A DNA stretch of 64,000 nt from Akkermansia muciniphila. Lineage in GTDB: Bacteria > Bacillota > Clostridia > Oscillospirales > CAG-272. Shown one piece after another: positions 1 to 7,637 of the stretch; position 1 is the stretch's first letter, and every line of letters begins with the position of its first letter. The stretch covers positions 11,602-75,601 of the forward strand of contig CAVDSZ010000009.1 of the NCBI GenBank assembly GCA_963611795.1, written 5' to 3'. Below the pieces are notes generated by a model. It saw only the letters and a list, made by a program, of their open reading frames with translations. It was not told the origin of the DNA and ran no database searches. The position numbers and the translations under genes are program-made.

Positions 1-148
1 ATGAAGCGCCACACGCCGAAGAACTTCGGGAAAGTATTAGAAACATTAAAAACTATTGTGCCGAGCGGCGGGGGCGGTTGGGTAAATGCGGAGAATGCCC
101 GATCAAAATCGCCTGTTTGAATATCATTCCGTTATGGGAGGATTGAAT

Positions 149-622
149 ATGTGCAAAGCAAAGTGTCCGCAGTGCGGCTTTGAATTTGAAGTGCAGAAAC
201 CGCCCACGGTTTCAAATCTGCGGTGGACGCAAGAGGAAGAAACCGCCCTCCTTCGCCTGTATCAGGCGGAGCGCAGAACCATTCCGCAGATTGCGGAGGA
301 ACTGAACCGCACGCAGGACGCGGTGCGAAATCATCTGTTCAAACTTCGGGGAGCAGGGAGAAAGCCGGACACCGTAACCGTTGCTGTCACTATGACCGCC
401 GAAGAATACAGCAGAATGCAAAGCGCAGCCGAGAGGGAGAGCAACGCAAAGCACCGTGCCACGGTTGCGGAATCACAGGCGAACCGCATTGCGGGAGCGG
501 CGGCAATGCTGGTTTCCCTTATACGAACGGCGGATACACCGAAAACAGACATCGAAAAAGCGACGCAGAACGTGGAGGCGGAAATCCGTCATATGGCAAT
601 GCGGCAAAAGACTTTTATTTGA
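149..622 (+). CDS. Zinc-ribbon plus Myb/SANT-like HTH protein (putative phage early regulator)
   Basis: ORF 86..622. The start was moved to ATG 149, which lies 6 nt after a GGGAGGA RBS. It has a CPQCGFEF zinc-ribbon-like motif. WTQEEETALLRLY...IAEELNRTQDAVRNHLFKLR resembles a Myb/SANT HTH. Confidence 0.5.
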   Translation: MCKAKCPQCGFEFEVQKPPTVSNLRWTQEEETALLRLYQAERRTIPQIAEELNRTQDAVRNHLFKLRGAGRKPDTVTVAVTMTAEEYSRMQSAAERESNAKHRATVAESQANRIAGAAAMLVSLIRTADTPKTDIEKATQNVEAEIRHMAMRQKTFI

Positions 623-634
623 AAGGAATAGAAC

Positions 635-817
635 ATGATCGAACTGATGACAAGTTCACAATTTACAAACTACAAAAAGGCAATGAAGGAACACTGCCCG
701 GATTTCGACCACGGGTGCGATGGCACGCCACTATGTGCAGATAAAAAAGAATACCGCCCTGTATCTACTATAAGGACGGCGATTGCACACAGCCGCGCAT
801 TCTTGAATATCGGCTGA
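635..817 (+). CDS. Hypothetical small phage protein (60 aa, Cys/His-rich)
   Basis: ORF with an AAAGGA RBS just upstream, same strand and tightly packed after the preceding gene. No recognisable motif. Confidence 0.4.
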   Translation: MIELMTSSQFTNYKKAMKEHCPDFDHGCDGTPLCADKKEYRPVSTIRTAIAHSRAFLNIG

Positions 818-881
818 TTATCAGGAATGCGGCATACGAGAGGAAAACCGCAAAACGGTACATAGCAAGGGAGAAACAAAA

Positions 882-1025
882 ATGAAAAAACTGCTTGCGG
901 CAGTCAAGGCGTTTTTCAATGTGTTTGCACTCATGCTTGGCGCAGATTGTGAAATTCGCAGAAACGCCGTTGACGACGGAATCTGTGATTTCAGCGGTCA
1001 GGGGCGTGACAAATACGGCAGATAG
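882..1025 (+). CDS. Small ORF, 47 aa, with a hydrophobic N-terminus (below the ORF-track cutoff)
   Basis: Hand-translated as MKKLLAAVKAFFNVFALMLGADCEIRRNAVDDGICDFSGQGRDKYGR. An AAGGGAGA RBS lies 7 nt upstream of ATG 882. The stop is TAG at 1023-1025. Confidence 0.4.
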   Translation: MKKLLAAVKAFFNVFALMLGADCEIRRNAVDDGICDFSGQGRDKYGR

Positions 1026-1067
1026 TAAATCAACCGGAATCAGGATGGCGGAAAGAACGCCAAATCA

Positions 1068-1101
1068 TAAAAAACAACCCGTCCGATAACGGCGGACGGG
1101 T
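1068..1101 (-). terminator. Rho-independent terminator, minus strand
   Basis: A 9-bp GC-rich stem ACCCGTCCG/CGGACGGGT (1077-1085 / 1093-1101). On the minus strand it is followed by TTGTTTTTTA. Confidence 0.6.
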
Positions 1102-1137
1102 CAGAGGGAAACGGCTGTTGCCGCTTGTGCTGAACAC
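1068..1137 (-). ncRNA. Candidate ~70-nt antisense/counter-transcript sRNA
   Basis: Bounded by a minus-strand near-consensus promoter (1172-1144) and a minus-strand intrinsic terminator (stem 1101-1077 plus U-run). No ORF. The predicted RNA contains a single-stranded UUUCCCUCUG segment that looks anti-Shine-Dalgarno-like. The TSS position is inferred, not observed. Confidence 0.45.
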
Positions 1138-1143
1138 ATTTAT

Positions 1144-1172
1144 ATTATAGCACAACAGCGGTGAAAAGTCAA
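1144..1172 (-). promoter_or_regulatory. Sigma-A-type promoter, minus strand: TTGACT-17 nt-TATAAT with a TGn extended -10
   Basis: The minus strand reads TTGACT (1172-1167), a 17-nt spacer ending in TGC, then TATAAT (1149-1144). Confidence 0.6.
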
Positions 1173-1272
1173 GACAGAAGCGGGATATTTTGCCCGCTTG
1201 TCGGCCTTGTATTGTATAGTATTTCAACGACGAAAGCAAGGCAAAACAGATTTTTCAAGGAGTGCTGAAACA

Positions 1273-1713
1273 ATGACACAAACAAATGCAATTTTTTCTT
1301 CCGAACAGAAGTCAGGTCGCAGTCAAAGTCAAGTCCCGTCGGGTTCATTTTATGAGGTTCTGCAAGCTGTGCGGGATCAGATCAACATTGAATGCTTTTT
1401 CCGCGAGGACTGGGATCAGGTAAATGAACTTTTTCTGATAATCGCAGAGATGTACAAACTGCCGCCGCTGGCGGAGGTGCAAATCAACGGTCAAAAACTG
1501 CCTGCGTCTTTGGTGCAGGAAGTGTACTTGCTTTTAACGGAAGACCACATCCGCCGGGTGATACAGAATTTTGAAGCGGCGACCTATACCGTCAAGTTCA
1601 AAAAGACATACATTCGGACGGCTCTTTACAACGTGGTTTTTGAATACGAAAGCGGGAATGTCAACGATTTTCGGACAGATTTTCCGGAATTCCCGACACA
1701 CCGCCACGGATAA
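1273..1713 (+). CDS. Hypothetical phage early protein (146 aa)
   Basis: ORF 1198..1713. The start was moved to ATG 1273 behind an AAGGAG RBS. It lies directly upstream of the Rep-like gene. No motif recognised. Confidence 0.55.
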   Translation: MTQTNAIFSSEQKSGRSQSQVPSGSFYEVLQAVRDQINIECFFREDWDQVNELFLIIAEMYKLPPLAEVQINGQKLPASLVQEVYLLLTEDHIRRVIQNFEAATYTVKFKKTYIRTALYNVVFEYESGNVNDFRTDFPEFPTHRHG

Positions 1714-1725
1714 CGGGAGGCGGAT

Positions 1726-2607
1726 ATGCAGCGAGAAAAACGGACAAGAAGCGGTCGCCTGCTTGAAATAGACTTTTACCCCGTGTTTTCAGACGGCCGG
1801 CGAATGCCGACGAGAAAACCGAAAACAGCGCCGACAACAGAAGCACAGGCACGTTACAACCATAATCAAGCCGTAAAAAAGGCCGTGCGGCTTATCAATG
1901 AAAATTTTGACACAGGCGACATTCTTATGCACCCAACATACAGACCGGAGGACGCACCGCAAAGCGAGGAAGAAGCAAAACGGGATTTTGCAAACTACAT
2001 TCGCCGCGTAAAGACCAAACGAGCGGCTGAACTGAAACGCTACACAGCACTGTGCATGAAATATCCGGATAACGATTCATACAAACAAGCAAAAAAGAAA
2101 CTGGAACAGCCGTTCGTCTATTATTGCGCGCTGGAGGAAGTCATATACAAGAGCGGCAGAAACAAGGGGCGGAGCAACTGGCACTTTCACTTGTTCATGA
2201 CGGGCGGGGTTGACCGCGACACATTGGAGGATTTGTGGCCGTCCCGCTCCCGTGTCAATGCCGACCGTTTTCAACCGGAACGGTTCGGGCCGGAAGCCGC
2301 CGCAAAATATATCACAAAGGATTTGCACGGGCAAAGGAAGATCCTTCGGTCGAAGAATCTGCGCACGCCGAAGCCACCGCAAATACGGGATGGGAAAATC
2401 ACAGCGCACGGCGTGGAACGCCTTGTGAAACTACGCGCCGACGATCGGGAATATTGGGAACGGAAATTCAAGGGGTATCGTTTTGTGCGTACATATGCGC
2501 GATACAACGAATACAACGGTCATTGGTACTTGTCCGTGGTCATGTACAAAACGGCAGGAAAAGGCGCTTTGCCGCCGTGGGAGGTTGAAGAATGGATAGA
2601 CGAATAA
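1726..2607 (+). CDS. Putative HUH-superfamily rolling-circle replication initiator (Rep-like)
   Basis: Three ordered motifs typical of Rep_1/Rep_2-type HUH endonucleases: ILMHPTY (motif 1-like), NWHFHLFMT (HUH, H-hydrophobic-H) and EAAAKYITKD (catalytic YxxK). A GGGAGG RBS is present. Confidence 0.5.
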   Translation: MQREKRTRSGRLLEIDFYPVFSDGRRMPTRKPKTAPTTEAQARYNHNQAVKKAVRLINENFDTGDILMHPTYRPEDAPQSEEEAKRDFANYIRRVKTKRAAELKRYTALCMKYPDNDSYKQAKKKLEQPFVYYCALEEVIYKSGRNKGRSNWHFHLFMTGGVDRDTLEDLWPSRSRVNADRFQPERFGPEAAAKYITKDLHGQRKILRSKNLRTPKPPQIRDGKITAHGVERLVKLRADDREYWERKFKGYRFVRTYARYNEYNGHWYLSVVMYKTAGKGALPPWEVEEWIDE

Positions 2608-4316
2608 CGCTTGGAAGTCTGTTTGACGGAATCGGAGGTTTCCCTCTCTGCGCCGTCCTTTCGGGAGTAACGCCAATATGGGCGGCAGAGGTTGACGCAG
2701 CGTGTGTTGCCCTGACGAAACAGCGCTTTCCCAGTATGCGTCATTATGGGGATGTTTCTAAAATCAACGGGGCGGATTTGCCGCCTGTGGACATTATCAC
2801 ATTCGGTTCACCGTGTCAGGATTTAAGTGTGGCAGGTAAACGGGCCGGTATCAAGAATACAAGCAAAGGCGACGGCGAAACGACCCGCAGCGGGCTTTTC
2901 GTCGAAGCAATCAGAATCATTTATGAAATGAGGGAGGCAACACATGGTAGGTATCCAACTTTCATTGTTTGGGAGAACGTACCCGGCGCATTCATTAGTC
3001 ATCATGGACACGATTTTCAAACCGTGCTTGAAGAAATCACAAAAACCGATATTCCAATGCCTGCAAGTGGAAAATGGGCAAGCGCAGGAATGGTTCGAGG
3101 GGGGGCAATCTGCGCCGCTTGGCGATTGTTTGACGCTCAATATTGGGGAGTGCCCCAGCGAAGGAAGCGAATCTACCTTGTCGGAAGTTTTGGAAGTGAT
3201 TGTGCCGCGGAAATACTATTTAAGCCGGACAGCGTGCGACGGTATCTTACGCCGAGCGGAGCGCAGAGGGCGGACGTTGGACGAAATTCTGACGCAGGCG
3301 CTGAAAGAAGCCAATTCGTTTTTGACGGTCGTGGAAACGGAAACGGACGGGTTGCACCGACCATGATGGGAGATCATAACAACCGAATCACTGATTATTC
3401 GGCAATCGTCCTACAATCCTTCGGTTTTCACGGCTGGAACAGCGTGACGGCGGCGGGGTTGGAACTGCGAAAGGAGCAAGCACCGACACTAACCGCAAAG
3501 AAGCAGGCCGACGCGCTTATAAAAACATACGGTTTCCCGCTTGGATTCAGACCGGAGAACACCCGCCTATACGAAGAAAAAGCGACAACTATTTGCAACG
3601 GTACACGTCCGGGGTTTTGCAACGGCGTTGTGGTTGGTGTAGATACATACAATCAGACAGTCACAGGCGAAAAGGCAAAAACACTTCTTGCCAAACATCA
3701 AGACGCAGACGGACTTCCGTGTGTGGTATATGCCGTTGATCGAGCGGCTTTCAATCAGGGAGAAAATGCGCTTTATGATTTCAGTATTTCGCAAAGCGGT
3801 GTCGCACAAACAGTCATTGCAAAGGAGCCGTCTGCCGTCGCTTACTCTTTGCAAGGGTCAATGTTCGGGCGTGAAGATCAAAACGGGCCGAACGGAAACG
3901 GCGTGAATAAGGATGTGTGCTTTACGCTGAACACGGCAGACCGACACGGTGTAGCATACGAAATGACGGTTGAAGAATTTGTGTATTGGTGCGTGCGGCG
4001 GCTGACACCGAAAGAGTGCGAACGCTTGCAGGGCTATCCGGATTTTTGGACGGTTCTCCGGAAGATCGCAACCATGACTGACGAAGAATACGAATTTTAC
4101 AAAGCCACATACATCACCGACAAAGAAATCAAAGGGAAAACGGTCAGGAGAATTCCGACCAAAAAGCAGTTGATCAATTGGCATAACAAACTGGACGTGG
4201 ACGGCACACGATACCGCCAGCTTGGAAATTCTCTTGCTATTCCCTGCGCATTGCGGGTGATTGGATATATCGCAGATTACATCAGAGAGGGAGCGGGTCA
4301 GGATGAAGGACAATGA
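2592..4316 (+). CDS. DNA (cytosine-5)-methyltransferase, orphan, with an enlarged target-recognition region
   Basis: Motif I LFDGIGGF, motif IV GSPCQDLSVAG, motif VI ENVPG, motif VIII QRRKRIYLVG, motif IX RRLTPKECERLQGYP and motif X YRQLGNSLAIP are all present in order. About 270 aa separate motifs VIII and IX. Confidence 0.9.
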   Translation: MDRRITLGSLFDGIGGFPLCAVLSGVTPIWAAEVDAACVALTKQRFPSMRHYGDVSKINGADLPPVDIITFGSPCQDLSVAGKRAGIKNTSKGDGETTRSGLFVEAIRIIYEMREATHGRYPTFIVWENVPGAFISHHGHDFQTVLEEITKTDIPMPASGKWASAGMVRGGAICAAWRLFDAQYWGVPQRRKRIYLVGSFGSDCAAEILFKPDSVRRYLTPSGAQRADVGRNSDAGAERSQFVFDGRGNGNGRVAPTMMGDHNNRITDYSAIVLQSFGFHGWNSVTAAGLELRKEQAPTLTAKKQADALIKTYGFPLGFRPENTRLYEEKATTICNGTRPGFCNGVVVGVDTYNQTVTGEKAKTLLAKHQDADGLPCVVYAVDRAAFNQGENALYDFSISQSGVAQTVIAKEPSAVAYSLQGSMFGREDQNGPNGNGVNKDVCFTLNTADRHGVAYEMTVEEFVYWCVRRLTPKECERLQGYPDFWTVLRKIATMTDEEYEFYKATYITDKEIKGKTVRRIPTKKQLINWHNKLDVDGTRYRQLGNSLAIPCALRVIGYIADYIREGAGQDEGQ

Positions 4317-4764
4317 ATTTGACGAATGGCTGAAAGCATTACAAACCGGAACGGACACACAGGCAAAGCCGCCGGGAGCGGTTCACCACCGCGAAGTGCA
4401 ACACGAAGCAATGGAACAAGCGGCGCTGTTTCAATGGGCTTTCACAGTACGACAAACATTTCCGGAACTGCGCCTGATGTACCACATTCCAAACGGCGGT
4501 AAACGAAATCGTTTTGAAGCGGCAAACCTGAAACGGCAAGGCGTAAAGGCAGGAGTTCCGGACATCTGCTTGCCTGTTGCCCGTGGCGGCTTTCATGGGC
4601 TGTACATCGAACTGAAAGCCGGAAAGAACAAAACCACCGACAAGCAGAACGAATGGCTGTCTGATCTGATGGCACAGGGCTATTCCGCGCACGTTTGCGT
4701 CGGTTGGGAGAATGCAAAGGACACAATCACAAAATATCTTGGAATGAGAGGGACAGACAAATGA
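4303..4764 (+). CDS. VRR-NUC domain nuclease
   Basis: ORF 4261..4764. The start was moved to ATG 4303 (MKDNEF). IPNGG...GVKAGVPDICLP...GLYIELKAGKNKTTDKQNEWL matches the VRR-NUC (PD-(D/E)xK-type) pattern. Confidence 0.75.
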   Translation: MKDNEFDEWLKALQTGTDTQAKPPGAVHHREVQHEAMEQAALFQWAFTVRQTFPELRLMYHIPNGGKRNRFEAANLKRQGVKAGVPDICLPVARGGFHGLYIELKAGKNKTTDKQNEWLSDLMAQGYSAHVCVGWENAKDTITKYLGMRGTDK

Positions 4765-5051
4765 CAAATATAACGAATTACGGCATAATTCATGCGCTGA
4801 AAATCGAACCGAACTATTTCAGTGACATCATCGACGGCAAAAAGGCATTTGAAATCCGGGAAAATGACCGGAACTTCGTGGTTGACGACTATTTGGCACT
4901 GAATGAATTGGACGATTCAAGAACCGGATATAGCGGGCGTTCCGTTCTTGTCCGCATTACCCACATCGTGGATGACGAGCGGTTCTGCAAAAAAGGCTTT
5001 GTTGTAATGGGCTTTTCTGTATGCGAAGTGAAAGAGAGGACGGAAGAATGA
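4761..5051 (+). CDS. ASCH / DUF3850-like (PUA-fold) domain protein
   Basis: The start at ATG 4761 overlaps the preceding stop (ATGA). HALKIEPNYFSDIIDGKKAFEIRENDRNFVVDDYLAL matches the DUF3850/ASCH N-terminal signature. Confidence 0.65.
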   Translation: MTNITNYGIIHALKIEPNYFSDIIDGKKAFEIRENDRNFVVDDYLALNELDDSRTGYSGRSVLVRITHIVDDERFCKKGFVVMGFSVCEVKERTEE

Positions 5052-5437
5052 ATGTTGTTGCAATCAGCGGACGCATAACAAGCGACCCGGAATTGAAGCA
5101 GACGCAGGACGGAACTTCCGTATGCCGTTTTTCGGTTGCGGTACGCCGCCCGAACGTCAAAGACAAAACGGATTTTATTGACTGCATTGCGTGGCGGCAA
5201 AAGGCTGAATTCGTTTCACGCTTTTTCCGAAAGGGACAGCGAATTGAAGTAACAGGCTATCTGACAGCGCGCAAATGGGAAGATAAGCACGGCGCAAAGC
5301 GTGTTTCGCACGAGGTCATTTGTGACGAAGTGACTTTCGGGGACACGAAAAAAGAAGCCGGAGTGGAAAGCGACGACGAAATCACGCCTTCTGTCGAATA
5401 CGAAGAAATACCAAACAACGGCGATTTGCCGTTTTAG
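5048..5437 (+). CDS. ssb: Single-stranded DNA-binding protein
   Basis: MNVVAISGRITSDPELKQTQDGTSVCRFSVAV...FIDCIAWRQKAE is an OB-fold SSB signature. The acidic C-terminal tail ends in DLPF. The start was moved to ATG 5048. Confidence 0.9.
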   Translation: MNVVAISGRITSDPELKQTQDGTSVCRFSVAVRRPNVKDKTDFIDCIAWRQKAEFVSRFFRKGQRIEVTGYLTARKWEDKHGAKRVSHEVICDEVTFGDTKKEAGVESDDEITPSVEYEEIPNNGDLPF

Positions 5438-5445
5438 GAGGAACT

Positions 5446-6066
5446 ATGAAAATCAAGAAAATAATTGACCTTTGCAAGAAACGCGGGATTTTCCGCCTTT
5501 ATGCAGGCGAAAGCGTCCAGTGGATTTCCGACGGGTGTGCATTGTACCCGCTGTACAATCTTCCGGAATTTGACAAAGAAACGCTGTACCGCGTATTCGA
5601 CATTACAGAAAAGCAGCAGGACAAGATTTCATTTCGGTATGAACTGCACTTGCCGTCAACAATTTGCAATGACGATTATGTGCAAGGCGAAGCACTGTGC
5701 GAAAAAGGAATGATGGTGATCGGGGCCGGCGGGAAAAACATCATTCCGTTCAAGACTTCACAAGGGGTGCTGTTCATCGACGAAAAATACCTTGCGCCAT
5801 TGGAAGATACACGGGATTATATCGAAGTGTACGAAAGAACCGGAGAGGGCGGCAGAATTTACTTTGCGGTCAAATCGGGATTTATGCTTCTTGCAATTGT
5901 TCTTCCGTATGACGCAATCAACGAACTGTTTGTGAACGGACTGAAAGAATTGTCGCAGCAATGCGAAATAGCGCTGTTCAATAAGCGGACGCAGGAAAAG
6001 CAGGCGGAGCAACAAACAATTTTCGGAACGGGCGAAGAAAAAACACAAACGGAGGAAATCGAATGA
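5446..6066 (+). CDS. Hypothetical phage protein (206 aa)
   Basis: Long ORF with an AGGAGG RBS, packed in the early operon. No motif recognised. Confidence 0.6.
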   Translation: MKIKKIIDLCKKRGIFRLYAGESVQWISDGCALYPLYNLPEFDKETLYRVFDITEKQQDKISFRYELHLPSTICNDDYVQGEALCEKGMMVIGAGGKNIIPFKTSQGVLFIDEKYLAPLEDTRDYIEVYERTGEGGRIYFAVKSGFMLLAIVLPYDAINELFVNGLKELSQQCEIALFNKRTQEKQAEQQTIFGTGEEKTQTEEIE

Positions 6067-6263
6067 ACGTCAATTTTGATTATAACGCCTTGCTTGATAC
6101 CGCAATCAGCAACAAGCTGGCCGGGAGCGGAAAAACCGATGACAAAATGACAGCGGAAATACTGGCGGTGTTCGGGAAATACGGGGTTCATTCGCTTGAA
6201 GCGGTTCGGCTTTTGCTTGAACTGATGACAGTACTGGAACGGTACAGGAAAATCAGCCGATAA
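6063..6263 (+). CDS. Hypothetical small phage protein (66 aa)
   Basis: ATGA overlap with the upstream gene and a GGAGGA RBS. No motif recognised. Confidence 0.5.
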   Translation: MNVNFDYNALLDTAISNKLAGSGKTDDKMTAEILAVFGKYGVHSLEAVRLLLELMTVLERYRKISR

Positions 6264-6277
6264 GAACGGAGGGAGAA

Positions 6278-6742
6278 ATGGAAAGGGATTTCACAAAGGT
6301 GTACATAACCGAAGCGTTCCGCCTGTATGCCCGCTTGGGCTGTCCGTCCTATGAACGGGCGCGGGAAATTGCTTACGAAAAAGAATTGGAAAAGCGCAGG
6401 CTTGCCCCGCCTGACTTGGCGATCGCACAGGCGGAAAAAGCTGTGGAGCGGCAAACGCCCATGCTTCTTGACGTGCTGGCTGTGGAAAGCACGCTTTCAC
6501 TTTTGGACAAGGGAGAAAAGGGCAATATTATTGCGGCGGTGAAAGCAGTATATTTTGTGAATCCTTCCTTCCCTCTGCGTCGCGGCGATATATCAAACAG
6601 GGTTCGGCGGTTTGCAATCACCTATCCGACGGATGAAAGAACGGTGTACAGATGGCTGAAATATGCCCGGCTTTTGTGTGCCGCCGTTCGGGGGCTTCGC
6701 ATATCGGACGCAGACGAAAGAAAATACCGCCCCGTTTTGTAA
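6278..6742 (+). CDS. Putative phage late-gene transcriptional regulator (C-terminal HTH-like)
   Basis: It sits immediately upstream of HNH/terminase, where ArpU/RinA-type activators usually lie. The C-terminal TDERTVYRWLKYARLL segment looks like an HTH recognition helix. The assignment rests on position and weak similarity only. Confidence 0.35.
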   Translation: MERDFTKVYITEAFRLYARLGCPSYERAREIAYEKELEKRRLAPPDLAIAQAEKAVERQTPMLLDVLAVESTLSLLDKGEKGNIIAAVKAVYFVNPSFPLRRGDISNRVRRFAITYPTDERTVYRWLKYARLLCAAVRGLRISDADERKYRPVL

Positions 6743-6877
6743 GTTGTCAGTAGTGCGACGTATTTATATGCTATACTTTGTACGATGATAAGAATATACA
6801 GAGCCGTGAAGCAATTCGCGGTTCTGTTGTTTTATAGGGCTAACGCGCCACATTACGGAACGCGAGGGGTGGGAGCA

Positions 6878-7204
6878 GTGGCGAAAGATTATGCGAAGGC
6901 ATTCTATCTTTCCGAAGCGTGGCAAAGGACACGCAAGGCATACTACATAAGCAAGTGCGGACTGTGTGAGCGGTGCGGCGCGCCGGGCGACATTGTTCAC
7001 CACAGGCGATACATTACACCGCAGAACATCCACGATCCGCATATCACTTTGGATTTTCGGAATCTTGAACTGCTTTGTATCGACTGCCACAACAAGGAGC
7101 ATTCGGGCAAGCCGACGCGGTATTCGTTTGACAAGAGCGGAAACATAATCCCCCCCACCCTTCCGGAAAACACACCGAAAAAGGAAACCGGAGATTGGAC
7201 CTGA
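6878..7204 (+). CDS. HNH endonuclease (terminase-associated)
   Basis: CERCGAPGDIVHHRRY...LELLCIDCHNKEH is an HNH motif. The start was moved to in-frame GTG 6878 (VAKDYAKAFY, a typical N-terminus for this family) behind a GAGGGGTGGGAG RBS. The gene is adjacent to TerS/TerL. Confidence 0.85.
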   Translation: MAKDYAKAFYLSEAWQRTRKAYYISKCGLCERCGAPGDIVHHRRYITPQNIHDPHITLDFRNLELLCIDCHNKEHSGKPTRYSFDKSGNIIPPTLPENTPKKETGDWT

Positions 7205-7280
7205 ATTTTCCTCTGCGGGCGCACGCACAACGGGTGTAGCATGAGGGGGTGGGGTGTGTAGTCAGAAAGGGGGTGTTTTT

Positions 7281-7637
7281 ATGGACGGCAAGAAAGAGTT
7301 GTCGAAAGATCAAAAAATCAAGAAAGAAGTTGCCCGGTTGAAGCGCGCTTTGGCTGATCTTGACCGGAACAAACTTGCGGTTGTTTTGCCGCTTATCAAC
7401 GCCGCCGCGTTCATGGCAGTTTCGCTTGCGGAACTGGAACGGGCGGTCAATGAAAACGGCTATACGGTCGAATATCAGAACGGCGAAAACCAATTTGGCA
7501 CAAGGCAATCCGACGAAGTAAAAACACTTCTTGCCATGCAAAAAAATCTTACAGCCGCCATAAAGACGCTTGCAGATATTGCCCCGGCTTCCAAACCGAA
7601 GAAAAGCCGCCTGCAGGATTTGATGGGGCGGGATTAA
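7281..7637 (+). CDS. Terminase small subunit (P27-family-like)
   Basis: Located directly upstream of TerL. MDGKKELSKDQKIKKE...GYTVEYQNGENQFGTRQSDEVKTLLAMQKNL resembles P27-family small terminase. The start is ATG 7281 after an AAAGGGGG RBS. Confidence 0.7.
   Translation: MDGKKELSKDQKIKKEVARLKRALADLDRNKLAVVLPLINAAAFMAVSLAELERAVNENGYTVEYQNGENQFGTRQSDEVKTLLAMQKNLTAAIKTLADIAPASKPKKSRLQDLMGRD

Noticed and set aside
1-120. 39-codon open frame at the left window edge (MKRHTPKNFGKVLETLKTIVPSGGGGWVNAENARSKSPV)
   Set aside because: It probably is the 3' end of a gene that begins upstream of the window. It cannot be assessed from this fragment.
4303-4764. VRR-NUC nuclease considered as the restriction partner of the adjacent C5 methyltransferase (a type II R-M system)
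   Set aside because: VRR-NUC proteins are structure-specific or recombination nucleases common in phage replication modules. The surrounding genes (SSB, Rep-like, ASCH) support a replication/recombination role, so the methyltransferase is treated as orphan.
7205-7280. G-rich interval between HNH and TerS (GAGGGGGTGGGGTGTG) considered as the cos site
   Set aside because: It is plausible given the HNH-plus-terminase arrangement of cos phages. However, nothing in the sequence alone defines cohesive ends, so the support is too weak to report as a feature.
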